From Syntrophales bacterium (lineage in GTDB: Bacteria > Desulfobacterota > Syntrophia > Syntrophales > PHBD01): a DNA stretch of 64,000 bases. Shown here piece by piece: positions 1 to 11,059 of the stretch. The DNA lies in assembly GCA_963668175.1 (NCBI GenBank), contig OY764159.1:2432001-2496000 (forward strand), given 5' to 3'. The position numbers and the translations under genes are program-made. Each line of letters begins with the position of its first letter. Positions within the stretch are counted from its first letter, which is position 1. The notes under the pieces are model-generated. The model ran no database searches. It was not told the origin of the DNA and saw only the letters and a program-made list of their open reading frames with translations.

Positions 1-51
1 GTGATATCTATTCAAAAACGGCATGTCAAGAAGTTGCTTGATGTGGGAAGC

Positions 52-1815
52 CTAGGTTTTTTCGCTGTGGTCCGCATCTGTGTCCGGCAGGGTGAAATAG
101 AAAGCCGCACCTTCGCCTTCTTTGCCTTCGGCCCACACCCGGCCGCCGTGACGGTGGACAATCCGCTGGACGATGGCCAGGCCGACGCCCGTCCCTTCGT
201 ACTCGTCGGAATGCAGCCGCTCGAAGACGCTGAAGAGTTTATCGCAATATGCCATGTCGAAGCCGACGCCGTTGTCCCTGACTGCATAGACGATCTCGCC
301 GCCGTCGCGATGGCCGGAAAATGCGATCACGGCGGGATTTTTATCCTTCGTGAACTTCGCGGCGTTGGAGAGCAGATTGAAAACGACCTGCCTTATAAGA
401 GCGGAATCGCCGCGACCGGGAGGAAGTTCTCCAATGTCGCATTCGATCTCGCGCTGCGGGCATGTCTCCCGGATTCCCTGCCAAACGTTGTGGGCCAGGG
501 CTTTCATATCGATGACATCCACGTCCATCCGCCTGCGGCTGTATCGGGAAAAGGAGAGCAAGTCTTCGATCAAATTGCCCATCGTCTGGGTGCTTTCCCG
601 GATGACCTTGATGTGCCTTTGGGCATCTTCGGCCATGCTGTCGCCGTACTTGGACAGAAGCATCCGGGAAAACCCGTCTATGGCCCGCAGCGGCGCCTTG
701 AGATCGTGGGAGACGGAATAGCTGAATCTCTCAAGTTCCTGAACGGTGTCTTCGAGTTGACGGGTACGTTCCTTCACCCGCAAATCCAGGTCTTCATTGA
801 TCCTGGAAATCTCGTCCTTGGCCGAAACCAGCTCCGTGAGCGTCCGCTCTTCCCTGGCGACGCTCTTGTAAGCCTGCCTTGAGACCCACGCCAGCAAGAA
901 AAGGGCGACGACCGCCGTCAGGGTGTAATATTTCGCGCGGCTGCGCCATTCCCTCAGGACCAAATCGACGGGGATGCCCGTCGTCACGATCAGCGGCAGA
1001 TCTTCTATCTTGCTGTAGGCGATAAGGCGCTTAGCGCCTTCCAACCCGGGAGATTCGAATGTTCCCGATGGGGAGGCGCCCGTAGCAAGCTTGAACAGAA
1101 CCAGGTCTTTGAAGTTTCTTCCCAACAAATCGCCCTGCATCGGCTGGCGGAGGACGAGGGCGCCGTCCGTGCGAAAGACCGTAACACGGCCTTCTTCACC
1201 GATATCGAGATTGCGGAGGAAATTCGTGAAATCGTCGGTTTCCACCGCCGCCAGGACAATACCGAGAAAACGTCCGTCCTTTCCGCTTATCCGGCGACTG
1301 ATGGTGAAGCTGTACTTCTCGGTGATTCTCCCTTTGACGAGAGGCCCGATGTAACTTTCAATCCCCTGGTCTCTTTGCGGGACAAAGTACTCGCGGTCGG
1401 CGAAGTTCATACGCCGCGACGGGTACATGGTCGAATCCATCAGCAGCTCGCCCTTGTCGTCCAGAAGCCAGATCGATCCCGCTTCCGGCAGCGATCTGGC
1501 GGCGCGTCGAAAGACTTCCCAATCTTCCTTCGAGGCCTTGATCCGGCCGATGCCCTTTTCCCGTATCCTCTCGGCGAGATTGTGCAGGATGACGTCCGTG
1601 GCCGTCGTAGTCCGTTTCATGCGCTCGTTCAGCGAAAGCGCCGTTTTCTGAAGGATGATCTTAGCCCGCTCGATGGTCCTGTCGCGGTCGGTGACGATGA
1701 CAAATCCCAGGACGAAAACATCGAGGAAAAACAGAAATGAGATAAGAGCGGCCAGATAGAACCTGGAAGATAATCTACGCAATGGTCGATAACTCCCATG
1801 ACGGGTGATTTTCAC
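52..1815 (-). CDS. Membrane-bound sensor histidine kinase (dCache-like periplasmic domain, HisKA, HATPase)
   Basis: Two TM segments flank a Cache-like domain (NFADREYF). H-box FSYSVSHDLKAPLRAI, N-box NLLSNAAKF, G boxes DNGVGF and GTGVGL. Confidence 0.9.
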   Translation of the reverse strand: MKITRHGSYRPLRRLSSRFYLAALISFLFFLDVFVLGFVIVTDRDRTIERAKIILQKTALSLNERMKRTTTATDVILHNLAERIREKGIGRIKASKEDWEVFRRAARSLPEAGSIWLLDDKGELLMDSTMYPSRRMNFADREYFVPQRDQGIESYIGPLVKGRITEKYSFTISRRISGKDGRFLGIVLAAVETDDFTNFLRNLDIGEEGRVTVFRTDGALVLRQPMQGDLLGRNFKDLVLFKLATGASPSGTFESPGLEGAKRLIAYSKIEDLPLIVTTGIPVDLVLREWRSRAKYYTLTAVVALFLLAWVSRQAYKSVAREERTLTELVSAKDEISRINEDLDLRVKERTRQLEDTVQELERFSYSVSHDLKAPLRAIDGFSRMLLSKYGDSMAEDAQRHIKVIRESTQTMGNLIEDLLSFSRYSRRRMDVDVIDMKALAHNVWQGIRETCPQREIECDIGELPPGRGDSALIRQVVFNLLSNAAKFTKDKNPAVIAFSGHRDGGEIVYAVRDNGVGFDMAYCDKLFSVFERLHSDEYEGTGVGLAIVQRIVHRHGGRVWAEGKEGEGAAFYFTLPDTDADHSEKT

Positions 1816-2102
1816 TCATCATCATAGTGGAACGGCTTGTCTCATGCAAATATAATTTACGGTCGTCGTTTTCCCGGGTGGTCTTCCGCAAAGACGACGC
1901 CGGACGCCTTTGAGCCGGAAACCGGGGGCTTAAACCGTTTTCCTGTCGAACTGGAACGGGTTCGGAAGGGCGTTGCCGGGAAAAGGGAGCGCTCCGGGCG
2001 GAGCACGCGCGGATGGCGCGGCGCAACCGTATCCGGCGTAAATCAGGCGGGATGCGGGGCCGTTCGGCGTCTGTTTTTATTTCTTATCCGGAGGCGGGGC
2101 GT

Positions 2103-3797
2103 TCAGTCCTTCGGAGTGTCTGCTTTTGCTGTGCCCGCAGGGCTGCCGTCCGCGAGGGGCAGTTCGCCCTGGTCCTTGCGCCGCCGCGCGGTCCGCGCGG
2201 CCTTCAGGGCCTTGTCCCCGTCGGGTTTCCGGTCTTCGTTGACGTAGACCGTCTGCGACGGGAAGGCGAAGCCGCCGCCGCACGACTCGACAAGGTCCAT
2301 GATCCTAAGGAGCAGTTCCTCCTGCACGGCCAGGAACCTCTCGTAGGTCGTTTCCAGGACATAGGCGAAGATCTTCACATCAAGGGACGACGCGCCGAGG
2401 GCGGCGAAATGGACGCGGGCGCCTTCGTCGTCCACGGCGGGGTGCGTTTTCAGGAGCGCGCGGACTTCCGCCGCGATGAGGCGGATCTGGTCGGCCGTCG
2501 TTTCGTAGCGCAGGTTCAGGGTATGGCGGAAGAGAAAGCGGTTCCGGAGGGTATAGTTTTCGACGCTGATCGACGAGAGCTGGCCGTTGGGAATGAAGAC
2601 GACCGTGCGGTTGATGGTGCGGATCTGTGTGGAGCGCAGGCCGATGTGTTCGACCGTGCCCTCGTATTCGCCCGCCTTGCAGTAATCGCCGACGCGGATC
2701 GGCTTGTCCCAGACGAGGAAAACCCCGCCGAAGAAATTCTCGATCGTCTTCTGGGCGGCGAAGGCCACGGCGAGGCCGCCGACGCCGAGGCCGGCGAACA
2801 CGGCCGTCAGGTTGATGCCGGCGAAGTAATAGAAGATCACGACGAGGCCCGCGACGATGACAAGGGCCTTGAGAAGCGTCGCCGACAGGCGGATGACGGC
2901 ATACGTGGCGGCGGGCTGGCGTCTTTCGATGATCCCGGCGCCGACGTCGATCAGGCGGATCAGGATCCACGTCAGGCCCGCGACGGCCAGGGTCGAGGCC
3001 AGGAACGTCCAGAAAAGGCGGCCCAGGAGCGACACCGTGCCGAGCGACAGGACATAGACCGCCCCCGCCGTGAAGAGGAGCATCAGGGGTTGCCGGGTCC
3101 CTTTGAATGCCGCCAGCGTCGGTTCATCGAAGCGGCGGCGGAGCGGCTCCCGCAGCAGGAAGAAAGAGATCAGGGTGCACAGCCAGCCGAGGAAGAGGGC
3201 CGCGGGCAGGATCACCAGGGGCAGAAGCCAGAAATAAAGCTGCCAGCCCGCAATCCGGGTTTCCGTCAGCGCGGCCGGAAGGTGCCGTTCCAGCCAGGTG
3301 ACGTCGAGCTCCTCGTATATCTCCGGGATGATTTTGAGCGTCTCGGAGGAGAAGAGCCAGACGGGCGGATTGTTCTCCTTGCGGACCCGTTCGAGGAGGA
3401 TCTTGAAATCGCCCTTGCTCGTCTTGACGACCCCCACAACCTCGCTGTTGACGGGCAGGCCGTCGTTGAGGTTCCCCTCGGGCTTGGAGCTCAGGGACGT
3501 TTGCGCGGTCGACAGGCCCTGGTCGAGGATCTTTTGCAGTTCCTGGGCGAGCTGCTGGGCCCGTTTTCCCGTCTGATAGGTGTCCAGGTAATCGACGGCC
3601 CGGTCCTCGTTCCCCTTTTCCATGGCCTTCAGGAAGCCGACGAACGTACCCTGGGGGGTGCTGCGGCCCAGGGGGTCGTCGTAGGTATCCGCGGCCTTCT
3701 TGGCGGCGGGCGTGTCCGCCTTCACGGCGGAAGGGGCCCCGGCGATGGCGATACAAACGGCGACTGCGACGGCGAACAGGATACGGAAAAACGGCAT
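2103..3797 (-). CDS. MscS-family mechanosensitive ion channel with N-terminal periplasmic domain
   Basis: AGLGVGGLAVAFAAQKTIENFFGG, GTVEHIGLRSTQIRT and FAFPSQT motifs. Start placed at ATG 3797 behind GAGGAAGG. Confidence 0.9.
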   Translation of the reverse strand: MPFFRILFAVAVAVCIAIAGAPSAVKADTPAAKKAADTYDDPLGRSTPQGTFVGFLKAMEKGNEDRAVDYLDTYQTGKRAQQLAQELQKILDQGLSTAQTSLSSKPEGNLNDGLPVNSEVVGVVKTSKGDFKILLERVRKENNPPVWLFSSETLKIIPEIYEELDVTWLERHLPAALTETRIAGWQLYFWLLPLVILPAALFLGWLCTLISFFLLREPLRRRFDEPTLAAFKGTRQPLMLLFTAGAVYVLSLGTVSLLGRLFWTFLASTLAVAGLTWILIRLIDVGAGIIERRQPAATYAVIRLSATLLKALVIVAGLVVIFYYFAGINLTAVFAGLGVGGLAVAFAAQKTIENFFGGVFLVWDKPIRVGDYCKAGEYEGTVEHIGLRSTQIRTINRTVVFIPNGQLSSISVENYTLRNRFLFRHTLNLRYETTADQIRLIAAEVRALLKTHPAVDDEGARVHFAALGASSLDVKIFAYVLETTYERFLAVQEELLLRIMDLVESCGGGFAFPSQTVYVNEDRKPDGDKALKAARTARRRKDQGELPLADGSPAGTAKADTPKD

Positions 3798-3917
3798 GAC
3801 GGCAACCTTCCTCAAAAATGGTCCGCTTTTCTTATCACATGTCGGGAAAGAAATCCGCTATTTGATTTTACCGGGTAGACGGCACCGAAGGGGGGTAAAA
3901 AGCCTGGATATCGTGAA

Positions 3918-4085
3918 GAGCGCTGCAATGCCCTTATGCATAAGCTGAACTCAGCTTGATCGAAACTGCCATTGAGGCAGTTTACCTTTACTGCAAAGAC
4001 CTGTCGTTTTCTTTTGACCTCACAGTATGGACATTTCACTTATCACGTCCCGCTGACGTGACCCGAGCATTGCAGCTGCTCCGCT
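3918..4085 (-). ncRNA. Candidate structured non-coding RNA, 6S-like
   Basis: Terminal stem 3918-3931/4067-4081 encloses four hairpins. G-U pairs favour the minus strand. A sigma70 promoter lies directly upstream. Confidence 0.55.
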
Positions 4086-4092
4086 TAGGTTT

Positions 4093-4121
4093 AATTTATG
4101 GACGGTCCTTCCCTTTGTCAA
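4093..4121 (-). promoter_or_regulatory. Sigma70-type promoter for the ncRNA candidate / mscS
   Basis: TTGACA-N17-TAAATT on the minus strand. Confidence 0.65.
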
Positions 4122-4261
4122 GGAACGGGAAAAAATGAAGGATAATCAGGGGCTTCAAACGGCGGCAGCGGAAAACGGCGGGACGAATCGGGGAGGGGCG
4201 GCGGCCTCCGGGAAAGGACGGCCCGCGAAGGACGTCTCTTTCCGGAGGATGCGCCGGGCCG

Positions 4262-4498
4262 TCAGGCCGTCGTGTTCAGATTGTTCCCGACTTCGTTGTT
4301 TTCAATAAAAGGCGATTTTTGATTCTGCTGACTGCTTGCCGCCTCCAGGGGGTGCTTCTGCATGTACGCCGTTCTTTCCGCATCGGAAACGACGCCGTCC
4401 TTGTTGGTGTCCATCTTGTCGTAGACGCCGCTGCCCGATGAATCGGTGCTTCCCGACTGCAGGACATTGGTGCTGGATGTTACTGCCGATACCGTCAT
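4262..4498 (-). CDS. Small single-EF-hand protein
   Basis: EF-hand loop DTNKDGVVSDAE; AAGGAG SD upstream of the ATG. Confidence 0.7.
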   Translation of the reverse strand: MTVSAVTSSTNVLQSGSTDSSGSGVYDKMDTNKDGVVSDAERTAYMQKHPLEAASSQQNQKSPFIENNEVGNNLNTTA

Positions 4499-4847
4499 GT
4501 CTTCTCTCCTTTCGCTGGCGCCGTACCTGCGGGCCGGATCTGCGCCGGTCCGCGCGGCCGGGCGTGTTGTCCGTTCTTCCGGCTGCCCGTTCGTTTACGG
4601 GCTGGGTCTCCTGCGGGAATACCCGGGCCGCCGTTTCCGCGGCCATGCCGGACAGTCCTCTGCTATGGCTATCGGCGTTCCGCCTTTACCGCTCAAGTTA
4701 AGGAGTGTTAAGTATTGAAAAGGAATCGACTACAATTTTTTCGGAAGCGTAAACAGTTTTATGGTACAAAGACCGGACGGGTTCCCCCGCCCCGTATCGT
4801 TGCGGGCGAGGAGCTGCATGAGCCGCGATGCGTCGAAAGGAGGCGTT

Positions 4848-6044
4848 ATGAAGAAGAGAGCGGGAACGGCCGTACTATTGGCGGCCTTGATCCTTTTGAG
4901 CCTGCCGGGGATGTTGTACGCCTATGAGCCGTTGGTGGAGAAAAAGGCGTTCGAGCTTAGGGAATACGTCACGGTCGGCGGGCAGCGGATCGCCCCGGTC
5001 CGCGTCGGCTACGAGACCTACGGCAAACTGAACGCAAGCAGGGACAACGTAATCCTCATCTGCCATTTCTTCGGCGGCACGTCCCATGCCGCCGGCCGTT
5101 ACGCCGCAACCGACAAGACGCCGGGCTACTGGGACGTCCTGGTCGGACCGGGAAGGGTCTTCGATACGGACAGGTACTTCGTCATCAGCATCGATACCCT
5201 GAACAATCTCAACACGAAGAACCCGACGGTGATCACGACGGGCCCCGCGACGATCGACCCCGCGACGGGCAAGCCTTACGGCATGTCCTTCCCAATCGTC
5301 ACGATCCGGGATTTCGTCCGGGTGCAGTACGAACTGCTGAAGTCGCTGGGGATCAAAAAGCTCAAATGCGTGACCGGCGCCTCCATGGGGGGCATGCAGG
5401 CCATCGAGTGGGCTGCGGCCTATCCGGACGTTGTCGAGAAGATCGTCCCCGTCGTCTCCGGGCCGCAGGCGCAGGCCTGGGCCATCGGCTGGATGAAAAT
5501 CTGGGCGGACGCCGTCAAGCAGGACCCGAAATGGAACGGCGGCGACTACTACGGCAGGGAGGAACCCCTCGACGGCATCGCCTTCTCGAACAAGATCATG
5601 CTCATGACGATATTCAGCCCCTGGCGGGCCGACCGGAACTTCGGCCGCAAGTGGGCGGACGAGGGCAAAAGCCCCCATGACGCCATGGAAAACAAGTTCC
5701 TCGTGGAGCAGTTCCTCGATAAGACCGCTTCCGCCTGGGCCGGGACGATCGACGCGAATGCCCTCATTTACATGGCGAAGGCCGTCGAGCTGCACGACAT
5801 CGGTTACGGCTTCGGCTCTTACGGCGAAGCGGTGAAGCGGATCAAGGCGGCCGTCCTTATGGTCCCGTCGCAGACCGACATCCTGATCTATCCCTACCAT
5901 GCGCGCCAGTTCGTCGAGGCAGTGAACAAAGCCGGGGGACGGGCGGCGGTGTTCGAGATTCCGTCGTGGGAGGGCCACATGGGCGGGATTGCGGGCGACA
6001 TCCTGAAGGCGGAAATCGACCTCCGCGCCTTCCTGGCCCGTTAG
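4848..6044 (+). CDS. Exported MetX (homoserine O-acetyltransferase)-like alpha/beta hydrolase
   Basis: YETYGKLN, GASMGG nucleophile elbow and C-terminal GH. N-terminal signal peptide MKKRAGTAVLLAALILLSLPGMLYA; AGGAGG SD. Confidence 0.85.
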   Translation: MKKRAGTAVLLAALILLSLPGMLYAYEPLVEKKAFELREYVTVGGQRIAPVRVGYETYGKLNASRDNVILICHFFGGTSHAAGRYAATDKTPGYWDVLVGPGRVFDTDRYFVISIDTLNNLNTKNPTVITTGPATIDPATGKPYGMSFPIVTIRDFVRVQYELLKSLGIKKLKCVTGASMGGMQAIEWAAAYPDVVEKIVPVVSGPQAQAWAIGWMKIWADAVKQDPKWNGGDYYGREEPLDGIAFSNKIMLMTIFSPWRADRNFGRKWADEGKSPHDAMENKFLVEQFLDKTASAWAGTIDANALIYMAKAVELHDIGYGFGSYGEAVKRIKAAVLMVPSQTDILIYPYHARQFVEAVNKAGGRAAVFEIPSWEGHMGGIAGDILKAEIDLRAFLAR

Positions 6045-6200
6045 GCGCGGTGCGGCGCCGTGAATCCGGAATGGAATAAGGCGTGATGGGGCGCGGCTTC
6101 CGCGATATGGTTCGCGCGGAAGACGGGGCGAAAACCAAGGGCGGCATTCGCAGCCGGCGCCGCCCGGACCGGGGCGTTCCTGCCGGGGATGCTTTTCCCG

Positions 6201-9200
6201 TCAATCGCCGTCCACCCGTGACGTTTTGCCGTCGAGCAGCTCGCGAACGGCCCTGGCGAGTATTTTCATGGGGGCCGGCTTCATGATCATACGGCCGATG
6301 CCCAGGGCGGCAAGCCTGGCCGGGTCTTCCTTTTCCTGAAATCCCGAACAGAGGAGAACGGGGATGTCGGCGCGGATCTCTTTCACGGCCTTCGTCAGAT
6401 CGAAACCCGTCATGTGCGGCATGGTCTTGTCCGTGATCACGAGATCGAAGGTATCGCGGCCTTCCCTGAACAGCTCTATCGCCCGGACGGGGTCCGTCTC
6501 CGCAACCACGGCATAACCAAGCTTTTCGAGGACTTCCCTGCTCAGCTCGACGATCATCTTTTCGTCGTCCACGAAGAGGATCTTTTCGCCGTTTCCCTTA
6601 TGGATGACTTTTTCGGTCTCTTTCTCCTTTTCACCGGCCTCGGCGACGGCCGGCAGGTAAACGCTGAAGGCGGTTCCCTTTCTTTCCTCGCTGTAGACCT
6701 TGATTTCGCCGCCGTGGTCCCTGACGATTCCGTGGACGACGGCGAGCCCCAGACCCGTGCCCTCTCCCTTTTCCTTGGTCGTAAAGTACGGCTCGAAGAT
6801 GCGCTCCAGGTTATCGCGGGAAATGCCGTGCCCCGTGTCGCGGACGAAGAGTTCCAGGTAGCGGCCCGGCTTCAGGGAGGAATGGTAGCCGATGTCCTCC
6901 TCGTCCAGGAACGTTTCTCTCAGTCCGATATCCAGGATGCCCCCCGTTTCCCTCATGGCGTGCCCGGCATTCGTGCAGAGATTCATCAGCACCTGATGAA
7001 TCTGCGTGGCGTCGGCCATGATCACGTCGGGGGTCTTGTCCACGGCCAGCCTTATGTCGATGGTCGAGGGCAGAGACGCCCGCAGGAACTTGGCCATTTC
7101 CTTCACGATGGGAATGAGCATCGTCGGCCTCTTTTCCGGCGTCGTCCGGCGGCTGAACGTCAGGATCTGCTGCACGAGGTCCCGCGCGCGGCTGGCGGCC
7201 TTGAGGATTTCGCCCATGCTGTTGTAGACCTCCAAACGGTCCTGCACCCGGTCCCTGTACAGTTCGGTATAACCCAGGATGACGCTGAGAATGTTGTTGA
7301 AGTCGTGGGCGATGCCGCCCGCGAGGTTGCCGATGGCCTCCATCTTCTGGGCCTCGCGCAGATGCAATTCCATCCGGACCGATTCCGTTACGTCCCTTTT
7401 CAGGGCTACGTAGCCCAGGAGCTTCCCCGATGAAGTCAAAAGCGGGCTGATGGTCGCATCCTCGTAGATGAGCCTGCCGTCCTTACACCGGTTGATGAAG
7501 CGGCCGGTCCAAATGTTCCCGTTCTTGATGGTCTCCCACAGGTCCTTGTAGAAAGCGGGTTCGTGGACCCCGCTTTTCAGAATCCTCGGTGTTGCGCCGA
7601 TGGCCTCCACCCTGGAGTAGCCGGTGATCTTCTCGAAAGCGGGGTTGGCGTATTGTATGATCCCTTCCGGATCGGTGATGATGATGTCCTCCGCGGCCTG
7701 CTCGATGGCGATGCTCAGGCGCCGCGATTCCTCTTCCGCCTTCCTCCGCTCGGTAATGTCCAGCATCGTGCCGATGACGGCCGGCTTTCCCTGATAGGAG
7801 GTCCGGGAACTGTGGACCTCCGCGGTCCTGATTTTTCCGTCCTTGGTGCGTATGCGGAATTCATACCGCAACGATTGAAGTTCTCCGGATATCCGCCGGT
7901 TGAGTCTGTCCTCCACCATGGGCAGATCGTCGGGATGGATCATATCACGCACATGCAGCTTGTTGACGATTTCGTCTATCGCGTATCCGAACGTGTTGGC
8001 GAATTCGGCATTGACGTAGCGGTAGCGTCCATCCTGTACCAGGTAGATGCCGACCATGGATTTTTCGGCCAGGTCCCGGAACTTGCGCTCCGATTCGCGC
8101 AGGGCCTCTTCGGCTTGCCTGCGCTGGGTGACATCCGAGTTTGTTCCCTCGAAGTAAAGGATGTTCCCCGAGTCGTCGTAGACGGCGTGGATATTGATGG
8201 AGATCCAGAACCGGCTCCCGTCCTTGCGATAACCCTCGATCTCGAACCCGTCAACCTGGCCGCGCTCGCGGAGCATTCGCAGAAGCTCCTCGCGTTCCGC
8301 GGGATTCACATAGAGTTGCCGGCCTATATCCGTGACGGCGTCCATCATCTCCTGCGGCGACGAATACCCGAACATTTTCGCAAAGGCCGGGTTGATGTTC
8401 AGGTAACGGCCCTCGGGCGTCGTCTGGTAGATGCCTTCGGTGGCGTTTTCAAAGATCTTGCGGTACTTCTCTTCGCTCTCCTTGAGCGCTTCCTCGGCGA
8501 TCCATTTGTCGGTGATGTCGATGCAGCTTCCCTCGATATAAAGCGGTTCGCCGTTTTCGTCCCGCACCATCCGGACGTTCAGCAGCACCTTGATCGTGCT
8601 TCCGTCCCTTTTTATGAAAAGGAATTCCTTCTTGGTGATCTTGTCTACTTGCATGAGAGCGTCGAGAAGCTGATGCCGCTCCAATGGAATGGCATAGGTT
8701 TGTGAACCGACGTCGCTTATCGTTTCCGAGACGTGTTGCGCGGAATCGTAGCCGAGTATTCCTGCCATGGCGTCGTTGACCATGAGAGGCCGCCCGTCCA
8801 GGGTGGTTCTGAATATGCCTTCCATGGCATCCTCGAAAAGCCGCCGGTACCGTTCCTCGCTTTCGTACAGCGCTTCCTCCGCCTGTTTGCGTCCGGCGAT
8901 GTCGCGGCAGATGAAAACGAGGCCGGAAGGCGCGCCGTCCCCTCCGCGCAGGACATCGCCGTTGGCTTCGAAGGGCGCGTCCGTCCCGTCTTTATATGTG
9001 ATCCGGTATTCCTGAGGGCCGAGTCTGCCAGCCATCATGTGTGCCATGTTCCGCTTGAGCCGGTCCCGGTCTTCGGGACATACGAACGCGAGGATGTTTT
9101 GACCTTCGATTTCGGCGCGGCTGTAACCGCCTATCCGGAGCGCATAGTCGTTGACGAAGACGATGCGGCCGTCGAGGTCCATGCGGAGAACGATATCGGG

Positions 9201-10094
9201 AATGGTATCGACCAGCCGGGCTTGAAGCTCCTTGCTTTCCCTCAGGGCCTCCGTGGCCCGTTTGCGGTCGGTGACGTCCAGAAGCGAAGCGATACTCTTG
9301 GCCGTGCCCGGGATCATGTCAACGGTGAGATGGATATCCTTTCTTGCGCCTCCTTTATCGACGATACGGAAGTCGTAACTTTTCTCGGCCGATGCCGGGT
9401 CGGCCCTTCGCATCCGGTGTTGGTTCATCATCCATGCGAGATCCTCCGGATCGGTGAATTCCGTCCAGGTCATCTTCCCTTCGATCTCCGCCTTGGAAAA
9501 GCCGGTCAACTTTTCGAACTCCGTATTGGCGAGGCTGATGGTTTTGTCGGCTTCGATGACGACGGTGGCGGTGCCCGTATTCTCAAAGATTGCGCGGTAC
9601 AGGTGTTCGGATTGCCTCAGGGCCTCTTCCGCCTTCTTTCTGGCGGAGATGTCCGTCACGACCGTGAGCAGGTAGTCCTCGTCGCCCAGGCTTATCTTGC
9701 TTGAGTTCAAAAGGACCGACTTGGTTTCTCCGCTCTTAGCGAAAATCGAAATCTCAAGATTGTCGACCCGCCCTTTTTCCTTGAACTCGCGAAGAAACGC
9801 CGATCGGTCCTCGCGGGTGATGGAGCCCACATTGATCGACGTTTTCCCGATGACATCCTCTCTCTGCAGGCCCACCATGGTCAGGAACGCCTCGTTGACG
9901 TCGATGAACCGGCCCTCCTGTCTCGAGCTGATGATCATGGGGGTGGCGTTTTGCAGGAAGGCCTTGGCGAATTTCTCCTGCCTGTCCTTCAGGAGGTCGA
10001 ACTCGGCCTCGGCTTTATCCGCTATGGCCGCCTGCCGCCGAAGGCCTTTCAGTTCGTCGATTAGCTGTTTTTTCGTCTTGGCTTCGTCTTTCAT
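6201..10094 (-). CDS. Multi-PAS hybrid sensor histidine kinase / response regulator
   Basis: About 7 PAS/PAC repeats, H-box [12 protein letters not shown], HATPase GTGLGL and a C-terminal receiver (FVDDE...ITDKTMP). Confidence 0.92.
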   Translation of the reverse strand: MKDEAKTKKQLIDELKGLRRQAAIADKAEAEFDLLKDRQEKFAKAFLQNATPMIISSRQEGRFIDVNEAFLTMVGLQREDVIGKTSINVGSITREDRSAFLREFKEKGRVDNLEISIFAKSGETKSVLLNSSKISLGDEDYLLTVVTDISARKKAEEALRQSEHLYRAIFENTGTATVVIEADKTISLANTEFEKLTGFSKAEIEGKMTWTEFTDPEDLAWMMNQHRMRRADPASAEKSYDFRIVDKGGARKDIHLTVDMIPGTAKSIASLLDVTDRKRATEALRESKELQARLVDTIPDIVLRMDLDGRIVFVNDYALRIGGYSRAEIEGQNILAFVCPEDRDRLKRNMAHMMAGRLGPQEYRITYKDGTDAPFEANGDVLRGGDGAPSGLVFICRDIAGRKQAEEALYESEERYRRLFEDAMEGIFRTTLDGRPLMVNDAMAGILGYDSAQHVSETISDVGSQTYAIPLERHQLLDALMQVDKITKKEFLFIKRDGSTIKVLLNVRMVRDENGEPLYIEGSCIDITDKWIAEEALKESEEKYRKIFENATEGIYQTTPEGRYLNINPAFAKMFGYSSPQEMMDAVTDIGRQLYVNPAEREELLRMLRERGQVDGFEIEGYRKDGSRFWISINIHAVYDDSGNILYFEGTNSDVTQRRQAEEALRESERKFRDLAEKSMVGIYLVQDGRYRYVNAEFANTFGYAIDEIVNKLHVRDMIHPDDLPMVEDRLNRRISGELQSLRYEFRIRTKDGKIRTAEVHSSRTSYQGKPAVIGTMLDITERRKAEEESRRLSIAIEQAAEDIIITDPEGIIQYANPAFEKITGYSRVEAIGATPRILKSGVHEPAFYKDLWETIKNGNIWTGRFINRCKDGRLIYEDATISPLLTSSGKLLGYVALKRDVTESVRMELHLREAQKMEAIGNLAGGIAHDFNNILSVILGYTELYRDRVQDRLEVYNSMGEILKAASRARDLVQQILTFSRRTTPEKRPTMLIPIVKEMAKFLRASLPSTIDIRLAVDKTPDVIMADATQIHQVLMNLCTNAGHAMRETGGILDIGLRETFLDEEDIGYHSSLKPGRYLELFVRDTGHGISRDNLERIFEPYFTTKEKGEGTGLGLAVVHGIVRDHGGEIKVYSEERKGTAFSVYLPAVAEAGEKEKETEKVIHKGNGEKILFVDDEKMIVELSREVLEKLGYAVVAETDPVRAIELFREGRDTFDLVITDKTMPHMTGFDLTKAVKEIRADIPVLLCSGFQEKEDPARLAALGIGRMIMKPAPMKILARAVRELLDGKTSRVDGD

Positions 10095-10882
10095 AGATGG
10101 GTTCCCTGCCCGGTTCATTCTCATAACAACCAATTATCATGCCAGAATTGAGCCGGGAAAGACGGCAGGAGTGAAATGTCATATTATCGATTGGTTTCAC
10201 GGTCAAAGCGGCGTTTCAGGGACATCCTGAAAGAAATCGATCCGAGACGTAAGCCTGTTTCAGAAGAAATCTGTCCGGAATAGCGGACGGGCGGGGCCTG
10301 CGGCAGGCGTCCGGAGAATGGCATATATGTCTGATATATAACGCAAATCGATGTTTGAGACAGTTGTTCCGGCCTATAGTCAGGTAAAACCTAACAGTGA
10401 AGGCTTTGTTTGCCGGGGAGCCTTCCCTCGTCGACTTCGAATCGATACCGGGTTGACTTCCGCCCTTCCGCTGGAACGACGTATCCTCATTTTTGGGTCA
10501 GGACGCCCTTCACCTCCGGCTTGTTCCATGTATAACAAATAGAAGGCTTCTGTGCGACACCTTTCGGCGACATGGGCGGCTGAGCGTCGCCGTATCGAGA
10601 TCGCAGAGACGGCGATTGCGCCGTATGTCCCGTGCAGAGCGGGTTTCGGGAGTCCACGCTCACGGAACGCGGAAAGCGTGTGGGTGTTTGGCGCTACGAA
10701 TTTCCTCCTGTTAAATTACCGTAATAATATTAGCGTCGTAAAGGGCATCGTGCTGTCGCGATGTGTAAAAAAAGGCATGTCCGGACGGTTTCTTTACATA
10801 TCTTTACAAACGGTCTTAAGCGATTGCTTATCCATGTATACAAACAGTTAGGGAATGTTCCGCATGCCGGGGTATCGTAGAT

Positions 10883-10982
10883 TGTAAGATTTGTTTACAA
10901 AATAGCAGGATGTCGAAAGGCCGTAAAACGTGAAAATACCTTATCGTATCCGGTTGTTATGATGAGTGGTATCGGGCTTGCA
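10883..10982 (+). promoter_or_regulatory. PEP-CTERM-type enhancer box plus sigma54 promoter
   Basis: TGTAAGATTTGTTTACA (TGT-N11-ACA, 10883-10899) and TGGTATCGGGCTTGCA (GG-N10-GC, 10967-10982). Confidence 0.7.
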
Positions 10983-11059
10983 TTTTTGAGGCCTGAACCG
11001 GCGCATCGCGCAGGTCAGAAACAAGAGGCATCATGCCAAATAAAATCAAGGAGGAGCGT

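Noticed and set aside
3812..4039. 75-aa ORF starting MKCPYC (Zn-finger-like)
   Set aside because: GTG start with a poor SD, no second CxxC, and it lies across the hairpin-rich RNA candidate. Kept only as an alternative explanation.
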